Positions 37,011 through 50,700 of a stretch of 64,000 nt of DNA are shown here, one piece after another. Location of the stretch: the NCBI GenBank assembly GCA_963924565.1, contig OZ004614.1, positions 7,130,001 to 7,194,000 on the forward strand, given 5' to 3'. Source of the stretch: Ascidiella aspersa (taxonomy: Eukaryota). The translations under genes and the position numbers were made by a program. The notes under the pieces were generated by a model. That model worked only from the letters and a program-made list of their open reading frames with translations, ran no database searches and had not been told where the DNA came from. How positions within the stretch are numbered: position 1 is the first letter of the stretch; each line of letters begins with the position of its first letter.

Positions 37011-40000
37011 TTATAAACCATTAACTCCATTTCTTTATCGCCCGGTCACTCTCCGCATTTCGCCACCTTCCGCGTTTTACCCCGTTCCAGTCCTTCTTTT
37101 CCCTCTTTCCGTTGTTGTGTCCACGTTTGTGCGCGTGCCATCAGTGTTCGTGTAACAGCCCTCTCATATATTTGTGTGCTTCGTATCTGTAAACATCGAC
37201 GGGTGCATTTGACTTTGATCTTCGGCGAAGGCGCTTTTTTTCTCGGCAATCAGATGTTGGCATCGGCTTTTGGCGCAGTGTTTATATCTGGGGGTTCTTA
37301 AACTTTTTTTATCGCAGAACCCCTAAAAATTTTTGCTTCGCGTGGACCAAGGTTGGCCTGGATTTTTTGATTGGCGTGAAACTGAAATAGAGTCTAAATA
37401 AATAAGTAAAATGCGGCAAAGCTATTTTTTTTTTATTTAACTACTTTTTTTGAAAAAAGATTCGATTTTTTAATTATACACCAAGATTTCAATATACTTT
37501 CATGCCCCCCTACAACAAGTCCACGTACCCCCAAGGGGCCCCAGTTTGAGAATTCCTTGTTTATATATAATATATTTTGAAAGCGCCTGCCTTAGCAGCA
37601 AAAGTGGAATGAATTTTTTAAATTGTTGCTATAAAACCAGTAACCCTGTTGCTTTCAGGCTAAGGCCAGACACTTTTTAGGAAAAGGCGCCAAAGCGTAT
37701 TTTAAATATACTCTTATATATTAAAAAAAATGATTCAATTTTTATATATATTACACTAGGATTTGAATAAGGCCTTCATGGACCTCCTAACACTAGTCCA
37801 CGTTCAGAAGTCGAGAGACCACAATTTAACAAACTGATTTAAGGCTAACGACCCGGAAGGCAAAAGTTGTTTCAAGTATATCAACGCGCGCCCTGCTCTC
37901 CTGTGTAGAAACATTGCGCCAGTGCTTTCATTCAACCTGTTTACGCCGCTTGCGATGCGCCCAACACTTCTTCTGTCAAGTATTATATCATTGCGGATGC
38001 GCGTTCTCTAACTTCGTTTGCCAAGCATGTTACTGTCCCGTTTTTTTGTTTTGTTTTTGACCGACGGCGTTTCGGCCTGACGCGATTTCGCCTGCGCGCT
38101 ACGCAATAAAAATTAGAGTTTTTTTGATTCTTGTGTGGTTTTGTGCAAAGGTGTGAGTTGCAGCGGTGGGCGTTGGCCACCTTCCGAAGAAATAAATTAT
38201 TTGGAACAGTGAAGTCACACAAAACGCGTAGATTCGTCGAAGGGTAAATTGCGCAGTTTTTTGGTCGAAACCGGTTAATTGATAAACTAAAAAAAAACAA
38301 AAAAAAAACGCGCTATCGGCAAACTAAATCCTCTCGGTTTTAAAAAGATAAACAAATGTCACACAATTGGGTATTGGGTAAGGATGAATAACTGGTTTGT
38401 TATCAGAGAAATGTAATTCCCCACAAAATACGGCCCGCTGTTTAAACACTGTAATTGCCTTCTCCATCAATTGTGGTTAATTTGCTCAAGCTCTGCTAAA
38501 ATAGGAATGTCGGTAGCCGGTATGCATTGCAGTGTTTTCAACATAAATTAACGCTCAGGCTTGGAAAAAGCTAGTTCATTGACTTTTTAACTATTTAAGG
38601 TAGGTTGAGAAAGTCCAAGGCTTGTTGGCAAACGTAAACGCTCCAGGGGTAGCATCTATAGGTAAAATTTTAACGCGTATCATACTTAACTTGAAAAATC
38701 TATGAACGGCAACGTTTATTCTTTCAACATCAAAAACTAGGCCCATTTTGATCGAACATCATCCAAAACCATCAGACATCGCCATTCAATACTTAACTAA
38801 AGCGAATTTGAAAAAATACTTGCTGTGTTGCAGGTTTAGTACCTAGTATATATGTAGAGGTTAACTGTTTAGATTTCTTTAATGAAAAAACAAAACTCCG
38901 GTGCAAACGTGTTGATCTATAGGGGTTAAGTTGTTCTTTCGGTCGGGACACGAAGGGCAGTATTATTATAAAGACAGACTAATCAATGACCTAAGACGCA
39001 GTCAATTCCTTTGAAAAATAACTTAAGTCCAACTCAAGTGTTTTATAATAAAAATAAATAAAAAAGGTCAAATCCCAGTCAAGATCTTTCTATTCAAGTG
39101 AAAATAAGAGCAAGTCAGCTTCAAGTCAAGTGATTGACGTAAAATCAAAACGTTAAAGTATTAAAATAGGTTAAATCGTCCGTGTTTGAGTAATATCCAA
39201 CTAAACAATAACAAAAACGCGACACACCATGTTCTGTTACAAAATGAAGTCAAAGTTAAGCATTTTCCCAAAAGACATAAGTCAAGTCATTTAAAAACAG
39301 TTCCTAAGTCATTGACTAAAGTCATCAGAACACTGCAAAGCGAATTACCCACCCCGTACAGCAATACAAGTGATAGCAAAAGCCAGGTTGCTCCTAGGCC
39401 CTTCACAAATATGAACCTCTAAGTTTGGCCTTAAATTATTTGTATAGTGTCAATAATATAGTCGGAATATTTGCGATACCATTCCGACCTTGTGAAAACC
39501 TGTCGATTAATAAAACTCTGCTGAAAATACAATTTAAACGAAATCAACGCGTGTAGTTACAAACGGTAAAACAAGCCTTAACTTGGCTTTGCAGTCAGCA
39601 CAGCAACGATGAGCGTTGATACATGGATAATAACTGAGTGTACTGTGTCGACTAGACAATTTTTTTTTTCAATGGCGAAACGACTGTTTTGTGGACAATA
39701 ACGTAACATTTGGCAGCTTGCCGATAGAACATCTCTAGCTTTGTAATATTGCAATCAACGTGATTGCCGCGTAACCAGTTTGCGGGCAAGTTTAATTTAC
39801 AAAAGCAGTGCGGTCGAAATTAGAAAAGCGCCGGCGCCTAACTGATTGGGGGCAAGCCAGAGAAGTGAGCTGCTTGCAGACTGTAAGGACTCTAAAGCAA
39901 AAGACTGCGTGACCTGAAGTTGAAACCGCACATTTGTTTTGCCTGAATAATGCAAAGGTGGGCAAATCTATTCTTAGCTCGTCGGAAAACGTGCCATGAC

Positions 40001-40479
40001 ACCCACGCAACAGTCGGAACAGCTGGACGCCTGGTGAGTTAACATTCAAATTTGATTCGGAGATTACGCGCCTAATTTGACTTCCGCCAGATGTCAGATT
40101 TAAGTAAAAATAGCTTCATGCTCTGTTTGGCCTAATTTTACCCAGTGACCTGCAGAATCACTTATCTCTAGTAGCATCTTTGCTGTACATTCAACCGCTT
40201 ATCAAACCGAAAGTGCAAATTTATGTGTATTTTGGAGCATAATGGTTGGAGGTTGTAGTAACAATATCAAACCCCATACAGAAGTCTAGGGAAACATTTT
40301 GAACGTTTCGAATAAATCTTTGTTCATTTTCAACATCGTTTGTATTTTATTTGTGAGTTGTCAAAAAAGTAGCCTAATCCAGTGTTATCAGGTGTTTTTG
40401 AAAATGATAACTTGAAAATCCGTGCCGAATCAGGGTGACTTGGCTTTGCGTCATGCCATCGCATTCCATCAAAAATATA

Positions 40480-40701
40480 CAGGGTGGGCCAAAAGTAGGC
40501 TTACAGTTATTCCACAGCGTTGGCATGGAAGAAGAGGTAGCATTGAATGGTCACCACGCTCACCTGACCTGACACCAATGGATTTCTCTTTTGGGGTGTC
40601 GTAAATAACAAGGTGTATGAGAAGAACCCCAAAACAATAAACTTACTTTTAGACCCAAACCCTATTTTTTATAACTGTAAGCCTACTTGTAGCCCACTCT
40701 G
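40480..40701 (+). mobile_element. Non-autonomous Tc1/mariner element with catalytic-domain remnant
   Basis: 29-bp TIRs cagggtgggccaaaagtaggcttacagtt / aactgtaagcctacttgtagcccactctg, TA TSD; encodes RWHGRRGSIEWSPRSPDLTPMDF (WPPRSPDLTPLDF motif). Confidence 0.88.
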
Positions 40702-43700
40702 TATATAGCGTTTTATCGGTGCACTTAATCGCACTGTAGTTTGCGAGACGCATTTATTAGCGTTTCTTTCGGAATTTCACGTGCCAATTTTAACTGGATG
40801 AGACGGGCGATAAAGGTACGAGATTGGCGAAAACCTTGCGTAAGTCGACAGCTTGTCTGATGGGATTTTGATGGCACACCAAGAGTGTAGAATCCCCGCC
40901 ATAACATCCGTCCGCCGTTCTGAGGTTGCATTTAGCTCAAACCGAGTGTGCCAAGTTCGCGCGAATTTCGGTCACGCAGTACCGAGACGAATCGTAATAG
41001 AAATAAAACTGCCGGGAGCGAACGTTTTTGTAAACAAACCGCTTCTGCAGTCAGAAAGCGTCTGAGCGCGGCAGTTTAATTTTTGCCTTATTTTTCCGTC
41101 GTTTATATAGAATTGTTTTTGGTTTTTACGTTTCCGATTTACTTGGCAACTTTTTGCGCAGATGCTGACATTAAGTACAAGCAAAAAGTAAAACATCTAA
41201 CCCATTTGACTAATAGGGCCTAATATTAAAAACGTACTTTTCTTGGAGCACGTTTTCCTTATTAGGGTGAAAATTTATATCCAAGAGGGATTTACACTTG
41301 AAAAAAAAATCGTGATTTTAACGGTATTGCTTTATTACACTGAGACACAAAGTACCCACTCATAAATTACAAAACCTAATTGTTATGGACAAAGTTGACG
41401 ACCAAAATGCTCGAAAAGATTTCTGTCCAAACGGTTTCATTAAAACAATCGATCAAAATGCATATTTGTTAACTAGGTTTTCTCGGTGTGGAAAATCCTT
41501 AACGACCGCTGCGAAGCTAAATTAAGTTGCTCGTTTAATTAAATACCGGTATCGATCAAACTGTGGCAAAACACCCCTATCACTTTCGGTAAATTTAGAT
41601 AAATGTATTGTTGGTATTGACCACCATAAAACGTTTTAATTAAGCACCCTATAGTAAAAGTCCATTATAGGATTGCAAAATTTAACCTCTGACGTGCAAC
41701 TTCTTTCGTTAGGAGAAAATCACGATAAATATAATGCGATATGTACACATTAAAGATATATACAAACCAATAAAATATTTACGAGTACCGAACATAAGCG
41801 CAGTTATATATTAATGGATCCAGTTCACGGTTGTTGTACTAGATCACGGTTGTGTATAAATATTGCAGTACTTCTAATAATGCATTAATGATTGAACCAA
41901 TCAGAATTAATTATGACAGTATGTAGAATTTCAGGCAGACGAGATCTTCATTTTTTTGCTTTGCATTTTTTTGCGAGCACCCGCCTTTTTATCTTTGCCT
42001 GTGTGCTTTTTCCCCTGTCACTAATAGTAGCATACATCCAGTTTTATCATACTACCGTGTCGCTTTTTCGTATGGACGGTGACTCTTTCCCACTTTAAGT
42101 GACCGCGTACGGTTTCTTTTCTTCCAATAAAAAGCCAAATTGCCAGATGCACCTGCCCCCTTAGCGCGGTGATGTACATTCCGATAAGTGAGGTTTTCGC
42201 CCAGTAGTTCGCACCTTCTGTGGTTTACATATCCCAGCAACGATACGCCAGGTCGTAAGGCATTTCTCCTATATAGCCGTGTGAAATATTTGCTAATTAC
42301 CAAAGATGCATCTATTTTCAATTAGAGTGGACAGCTGCGTTTTCTTCGATTACCCGTTGACGTGAAGATTTGAAGAACCTTTTGCAGTTCCTTTGTTGTC
42401 AAATTTTTAATTAATAAATAGCTTTTGACGAATTTTTGACATGCATTTTTGACTTGGGCGCATCTTCATCATTATTTTAAATGGGTAGTTTGCATTCGGT
42501 CTTTCATACTTTCCTTTATGTATATTTGCAGTGTATTGACTTAAGTCACCGTTTATAAATGTCCTGACGTGACTCAAGTCCTTTGATCAAAATTATTTCA
42601 CTCGAAGTCTTTTGGCAAAGTCATTTTGTCAAATACCCCGGTTAAAATGTAATATTTTAATTACTTTTTTTGTGAATCAAATTGAGTCGTTGTCTCAATT
42701 TTTGTACGTAATGCAATTTTCATGCTGTATATGTTTTCTATTAAGTTATTGCACATAATCGGACAAATTTACCAATCTAATTAGTTTAACATTTTACTTT
42801 TATCTCTTACTCTACAATAAAGGACAAAAACAATAAAGGAGAAATATTTGTGGCCGGACGAACTGGTTTTGTGCACACCCCTCTATTTTTAACCATCGCA
42901 AATTGGCATCAGAGACGCGCGGTTAAAGAAAGATCGGACTCGAAACGATTTAATCACTGTGCTGTCCGCGAAAAGTCGATAAAAGGCCTAGATTGCGCAG
43001 CTCGCAAAACGGAGACGAATACACTTAGAGCGGCGCTTTGTTTTGCGTATGTCGACATTTGCGGTGCGAATTTTTATCCAAACCCAAAATGACATTTCCT
43101 TGTAAGGCCCCGAATCTCGGATCAAGCGGCGGAAACAGGTCCTAATTTGTTTTAGAGCGTCCAGACTGCCAGTCGCCGCTGCAATCTTGCGCCTACTAAT
43201 CTCGCGCGAGCAATTATGCGATTTCCAGCTCAGCATACAAAAATTGCCTTGCCTCTGTCCGGCAAAGGCCGCTGTTGTGCAACAGGTTTGCAACTAGACG
43301 TATAAACGATAACGAGGCTGTGCTTTTAGTTGTATGAACCACATGAAGCGTACTGACGCGCTTCTAATTGCGCCCGTTCCCTGTAATTTCTCGACGCCCG
43401 CGCCCAACGCCGTGACGTATGTAGACTTTCATATACCTGCCATTTTTCGCAAGGCGTGATGTTTTTGGTTCAATGTCGAACGTCACAAAAACACCACCTA
43501 CTGTGCTTTCGGTCAGCTGACGCCCAAAACAAGTTACCACAGTGTGTAGGTCACGACGTGGAAAGCACATTTTGGGCATAATAAAAAAAAATGATTAATA
43601 TCCAAACGACTCGTGTCAACTACCAGGCTATATTTACGAATTAAATATTTAGTTCTCACAAATTTTTAAGCCATATTTAATTTTGTTGTTTGCTTGTGGG

Positions 43701-44665
43701 CGACTTTCAAATATAGAGGCTCTCTCAAAAAACGGCTGGTCATCCTCTAATTTTTTGATGTCTAATTCAGTTCTTCGACAAGTAAAAGATCACAAATCGT
43801 GCAGCTTGAAATGCGTTGCGTATTTTGCCAAAGATTAACCAATCTCTTTTAAAAAGTGTTGCTCGAAATAACATAAAAGAGAGTTACGCCGAAAGCGATA
43901 CTTTATTTCTGCAAATATCCACCTTTTTACGTGCTACCCTTTATTGGGCACCCCGTAATATTATTTCCCAAGGTCACACATCTACCCCTTATCAATATAG
44001 AATCAATTTTTCTTATAAGAGTATGAATGGCCAATATTTGTACGCCTTGTTTTTTTACCTTTTAGGATTGATTCACCTGCATGACTAAAAACAAAATACG
44101 CGGTCGGACAAAGTGCAATTTTCGGTAAAATCCAAAATTAGATCGAAACCGCGATTATAGAGCACGCAAGCAAATCACAAATTGATTAAATCATAATTAG
44201 CAGCATATCGTACTTATTTTACATTGAATTGGACAGCTATAATTTTCTGGTTGCCTAAATCCTGCACGTGCTGCATTCTCCACCCGGTCGCCACTCCCCT
44301 CTTAGCGGCCCGCAGCCGTCCCCCCAAATGTGCCAATTATCTCCAAACTATTTCTCGCCCATGCCTTGCGCCCAAAAGCGACGGCAACCGGCATTTACTT
44401 GCAATTTGCGGGCGGCTTGAGCGCTGAAAACACCGGGTTCGGCCCCCGTAAAAAGCATACCCGGAAACACCATGAGCCAATAAGCTATCTAACTATACGG
44501 AAGGGAAGATCCGGCGCCATTATCAAATATATAATTAATGTTTGCCTTGTGTGCCCCGGCTTGCGCAATTCGGCACTAGGCTTGTTACGAAAAAGGACGC
44601 GACCCCGTTCCTCCGTAGGGGTTTAATGATGACGGTTAATTGATAACGTCCGGTTCAGGTTAGGG

Positions 44666-44942
44666 CAGGGGTTCTTAAACTGGGGTCCATGTACCCCTTG
44701 GCGGTCCGTGAACTAGTTTTCTACTTGAAATATTAGTGTATAGTTAAAAAGTAATCAACTTATCAAAGATTACACATAATTAAAATAAAAAGATTTTTCA
44801 CTGAATGTACCTTCATTTCACTTTCACATTTTTGGACCGAAATTTGCAGATTTATGACGGCATTTTTTTTTTTTTTTGCCTACTGTGGTCCACGCAAAGC
44901 AAAAAAAGAAATTTAGAGGCCTACGGTAAAAAAGAACCCCTG
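44666..44942. mobile_element. hAT MITE (related copies at ~37288-37559 and ~46248-46569)
   Basis: TIR caggggttctt / aagaacccctg; perfect TSD ggttaggg; shared ggggtccatg(t/g)acccc segment. Confidence 0.85.
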
Positions 44943-45115
44943 GGTTAGGGTGAAGTATGGGATTCCACCTTTTGGGGCTAACGGCACCCTATATGTAAAA
45001 TATAAGTAGGTCGCGCCATCCTTGGTAGCATTTTTTTTTTCAAGTTTTTCAAAGTAGTTCAAGTTACAACACACGAAATAAATCAACACACATCTATGCT
45101 GTGCGTTATGTAGAG

Positions 45116-45870
45116 CAGGGTGATCCAAGGATTACTGTATCGCGGGCCACAATTTTTCTTGCAGATTCTTTGCGGGCCACATAAAGTACTACAAGCGTAC
45201 CAGGAAAGAATCAACGTTTTTCGTTTGATCGGGGGAAAAAAATGGTGAAAAGTGACGTCACAAAGCACCGTCAAAGACATGTAAGCTCCAGAAATTGCTG
45301 CTATCGTCGAACTTGTGCGCAAAAACCGCGTGCGTATCTTACTAAAATTTTAAGAGAGATGCTGCATACTACACAATCGCCAAATTACAAATACCTTATT
45401 GTTTCGCGCAAAAAGGTTCTATTAACCAGATCAATTTGGCTGAAATTGCATCTTGGAAAGAGTCAGGGCGTTTAGCCTCAAGTCGCAGAGTAAACCTGTA
45501 AAACAATACTTTCCAGCAGAGCGATATATTTTATCGCACATTGATTTTAAAACGCAAATATAACTTATAAGTTCGCAATACAGCATTTTAGAAAGTTCCA
45601 TATAGGACGCACTGCGGCTTCTCTCAAAGGGGTCTAACACATACCAAAATTAGGCGTTCTTGCCACCCCTTGGATCTGAATTTGGTGAGCGATAGGAGAC
45701 TGGTTTATTTCATGGTATAAGCGGAAAAATGTAATCATAACCAAACAATTGCAGTAGTATTACTGTTCGTTGAGCACTTAGATTTATTTGATTAAACCCT
45801 CAACGGAACGCATTGCAATAATTTCGCGGGCCACGAACAATGATGTCGGGCCTGGGTTTGGACCACCCTG
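45116..45870. mobile_element. hAT MITE
   Basis: TIR cagggtgatccaa / ttggaccaccctg; TSD atgtagag / atgaagag; gcgggccac subterminal motifs. Confidence 0.82.
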
Positions 45871-46899
45871 ATGAAGAGCACTCTTGATTTGTTGCATTCC
45901 AATCATAGGCTACAATTGCATCTAGAAGCTTACCAACGAGCAGAAATTTTGATCCAGAGTTTGAATTATTTCTTGGCACCCTTGAGCATTGGCAACCGTA
46001 CCCCAGTTACTTCAAAACTCGCAAAAAACGCATTTTGACCTTTCGACTTTACTTTCCAACTAACACAAGTGGATGTGTTGCGTCAATCTGCTGTTTGCTT
46101 ACTGCTTTGGTTCAATCATGCCATGAATGTGTGATATTTGATATCAACTTGACCTTCGCAAACAAAATTCAACATCAGCTCCTGATTAGTGAGAGCGGTA
46201 TAGTCTAGCAATGCTTGTTATTAAAGTCCGGCATCATAACTGTTAAAGTAGGAGTTCTTACTTTTTTACCGCGAAAACCAAAAATATTTTTTTGTTTTTT
46301 TTTTGGACCACGATGGACAATCAATTTCTAAAAATTAAACCATAAATTGATGTCACAATACAAAAAGACTTCAGAAATCTGGTGTTTCAGGTCCAAAAAA
46401 GGTGAAAATAAAATGGTGTCTAAATACCTTCAGTGCTAAAACAGTTTATTTTTAATTAAGCTCTTTTCTTAAAAAAATTGATTATTTTTCAAAATTAAAT
46501 TTTTGCCCCTCCTAAAATTAGTTCACATACCCCCGCGGGGTCCATGGACCCCAGTTTAAGAATCCCTTGGTTAATCAAAGGAAAGTTCAGAACACATATT
46601 TAAATAATACAAAACAAGACACTCGTATGTGTGGGCTTTTGTTTGGTTGGCGCTCAAGTGAAAAAAAATATCGCATTTTACATTGAAAGATTCACCTTAT
46701 TAACTAAACGACTGATGACTTTGAGGTAATAGCCAACCAACCGAACTACGACAAAAAAACACGAATTTTATCCTAAAAAAAATGAGAAAAAATTTCCGCA
46801 AAAATCTCGAATAACAGCCATTAAAAACGTTTTTACAGCCACCCTCATCCGCCAGCCCTTCTTCGAAACCGAATTCTCTCAAAAGAAAAAAAATATATA

Positions 46900-47700
46900 G
46901 CTACGTGACGTGGGTCTTTAACTGTGATCACTTAGGCCATTAGTGGCTTGGCCCAAGGCGAGGACTTGCATTGCACTTCAGCTTGGCCGGCCTTTGCGAT
47001 TACCCCTAAAACAAAATCTCTCCAAAGTTTGTGTAGGTCGACCTTGCTGCATTTTTTGCGTTCGGGTTTGTTTGCAGACGCTTGCGTTTGTGACGTCACG
47101 GGCAAACGTCACGGCGGCGTCGGGTTTTGCAGCGCTGAATGCGACCTATATAAGTCCATCGTGCAAGCGTTGGCGCTCGCGCGTGAACGTCGAAACCGGC
47201 CAAAGGGCTTTCGCGCCGATCGGAAACTATTGAAACGCAACGGCAAAGGTGCTTTGCGCGTCACGTTTGCAAAACAGCTACCTTACATGAAAGCCCGGAA
47301 AGAACGAATGTCGTTTACCTACGGCCCACGACCGTCCCACACCATTTCTATACAGTTTCAGGCGTTATTTTGAACGATATATAATAGCGACGTGGTTTGG
47401 ATCCAAGGCGCGGGAAATTCAATACACCTACACGTTCTGGCAGCTAAACGCATCCACCGGCCTTTCGCCTTGTCACGCAAATCGAGGCGGCCTGGCGTAA
47501 ACATGACGTATCGAGGGGCCTATCATCGCAATTGCTGCCCCCGTGTGACGTCACAATGGCCCCAAGATCAGTCAATGGGCGCGCGCGGGCTCGGGTAACA
47601 GCCAATCAAAAGGGGCGTGCCTGAGGCGGAATTTTGATTCGAATAATTTGGCCCCGATTAAGGCGCGACCTTTTCGGCTAGGGGTGCTTTGCTGGCCAAA
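46900..47700. promoter_or_regulatory. CpG-rich promoter/enhancer-like block
   Basis: TGACGTCA at 47091 and 47546, cctatataag at 47145-47154, CCAAT at 47602 followed by ggggcgtg; no coding exon seen nearby. Confidence 0.35.
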
Positions 47701-50700
47701 CAAGAAAAGGAGCAATTCAGCTTTGATCATGCCAGCCAGCACTGGTATTCTGCTGGATGTGAGCTTTTGGACCTGGTTGCTACTTTCTCTAATGGCCGAT
47801 TTGACCGCTTTGAACATCTCAAGGCTTCGTTTTCTTCCGTGCTATTTCCTTCATTCCATTTGTGGCCACTTTATCTCCTATTTTTGCACCTTTAAGAATA
47901 TCACAGATGCGAGTTTACCCCTGGCAAAGGCGGCTTCATTTAAAGAGGCCGTGCTAATTGGCACGTTCCTCGTGCTGTGTTTGGGAAAAGCGGAAACAAT
48001 ACCTTTGTATTGCGACTTTCCACCTACCGATTGCTCGTGACCGTTCCGAATAGAGCGTGGGAAAACGCCCTACCCTTGTGACTTGTATACCATTTTGGGC
48101 CAAAGAAGCGTCGCGCGCCAGCCTTAGACGCGAGTGTTCCATTGTTTTTTATTGGCTTTAGTGCAATGGACGTAGGCCTACATTGGACAATATCGATTTT
48201 GGGTGATCGTAACTTTTTATGACAAGTGCCACATCCACGTTCGCTAGTAAGACACTGCCGTTTAACTTCTGAATAATGTTAAATATGTAATCTAAGCTGT
48301 TGGGCCTAGTCATCGGACAGAACGTAAAGTATAGGAACCCCAGTATCTCGTGCCCTCAAAACTATCTCGCAAAAGCCAACAAAAAGTCATGCACAGGCTT
48401 AAAGAATGGAATAATTTGGGGAAACATAAGTACAATTAAAACTACAACAGTAGCTATATTTGCAGAATGCTAATACAAATCATTTTTTATTAAACGCAAA
48501 ATTGTTTTGCTCTATTAACTTTTAACAATTGTTAAATATTCTACTTACAATAGACTTAATTTACACAAAATTGAAATTTGGCGAGAATCGTTTTAAAGGG
48601 ACAATCCTTTTAAAAGAAGGGACAATCATTTTTTTTAAATACACGTTTTGTTAAAAATCCATAATATTCATCATAAGTCGCTCTTTTTTTTTTTAATTGG
48701 GTTGTAGAAAGTTTTTTTAACCTTTTTAACCGAATCGCTTAGGGCAAAACATTTGCCACTGTCATTACTGTTACCTGAAAGTGAGACTTGCGTCTGCAGT
48801 CGCTATTGCCGATTGCCGCAGAGTGATGTCAAAGAAAAAATGCAATTGGAAGTTCTTGCGTGCCAAGTTAAGTAGTTTCACCCGATCAAGGGACAAACTA
48901 CTTCCGATAAAACAAAACACTTCGATTTTGTTCACCTTCGAAGCGCCAACTGCGCCTTTCCGTTTTATTTCTATGCACCGTGCTTAGTTGGTATGTTTAT
49001 TTCGCAGTATTTTCCGACCTCGGACCTTATATCTTTCGGCTTTCTACGGATAAAGTAAATTTTGTTGGTTAATAGTTTTGCTAAATTTCTTTGGAACAAT
49101 ACACATCGACTCTACACCACGTGGAAAATGTTTTGTATTTTTATTTAACACACTCCAATTATGAATCAACAAATGTAAAATACTCGAAAAAATCCAAAAT
49201 ATGCGTTTACCTTTTTGAAATAAGCGTTTACCGCTTGATATTTCGCACCCTGGTTTGGAGCCATGTTTTAATGTTTTGGTAAAATAATTACCGCCTCCAA
49301 TTTCACTGTACTAATATCTATCCACTTTTGTTTCTTATCTTTATGCAAGGAATTCGGTCGATTTTACTGTAATCGCAGGCCTATACGTTAAAATCGTTTA
49401 ATGTTTTAAAATCAATGACCGCAGTGGACAGAAGCCGGATTTAATCGTGTTGTGGCGTAATTATGTTACGTTAAACTATTTCAGGACTCCCTACTTCACG
49501 GCCTGTCGGATGCCTGAGCACTACACGAGACTTATCTCTATTGTATATAGTATAGGACGACAGAGGCGAACTAACATATAAAACCTAAAACAATGGAAGC
49601 GCGTAATATAAAGCGACCAGAAATTAAAATAGGGCGTAAACGACGACGATCTAAACGGGTGGTAATCCCAGCCTTGAACAGCCATTCGATTTCGACCACG
49701 TGAAACACAACAACGAGAGAAAGAAATGGTGTCTGTGTCAAACGTAACTAATTATTAGGTGCCAACGGAAAACGTGGTAAGATAACAAATAAAGCGTGAA
49801 AGGTGAGGTGCAAAAGTGGAAAGGCAAGAAAATTTAAGTGAGTGACAACGCAATAGTGAACATAAGGCGAAAACAACACACAACGAACGATAAAACATTT
49901 TGTGCAACGATTATAGGTGGAGTGTATGTGCTCGCGAAACCCAGGTTGTTCATAGTGCGGTCTCCGCAGACGGCCTGTGTTTCCCGCCCTTTTCAGCCTC
50001 GACTTAGTCACGTCGAACCGTTCCCACAAGCGTTGAGTAAACTATTTGAATTTAGTTTAAGTTATTTGACAAATACCTTAAGTCAAACTTAAAAGTAGCA
50101 AGTCAAGTCCCAGTCAAGGTTATTAGTTACTCAAGCCCTAAGGCACATCACAGGTTAAGTCATTGCCACAGCAAGTCAACTCCAAGTCAAATAACTTGCA
50201 ACAAAATAATTGTCAAATTGTGAAAACTAGAAAGCATGTTTATTAACTTGGCGAAAACCTTAATTCAAACTTACAAATAACAAGTCAAGTCCCATCTCAG
50301 GCTTAGTCATTGCCACAGCAAGTCAAGTAAAAAACAACTAATCTTGGCGAAATTTTGATTAGCAAACCAAAAAAATCAATAACTTAAGTCAAAGTCAAGA
50401 CATTAGGTAGAAAAGGCTGAAGGCGAAGTCGATTTAATTTAAAACGATGACTTAAGTGCACTGACTTCATTTCAAAACGATTAAGTGTATTATTAAGTGT
50501 ATTACAAACCCGGTTCCCATCGGCCTAGAGTTTGACTGACTCCACTCGACCGATCTGAGAAAACTAAGTAATAAAAATTTCTGGCCGACGACCACAGGCC
50601 TTAACCGCCGTGACACATTTCTGAATCAACAAAGTGCTCAACCCGGCCTGAGTGGACCGCATTTAGAACTGGCCGAGTGGCCGGTAATGGGTCCTCGAGT

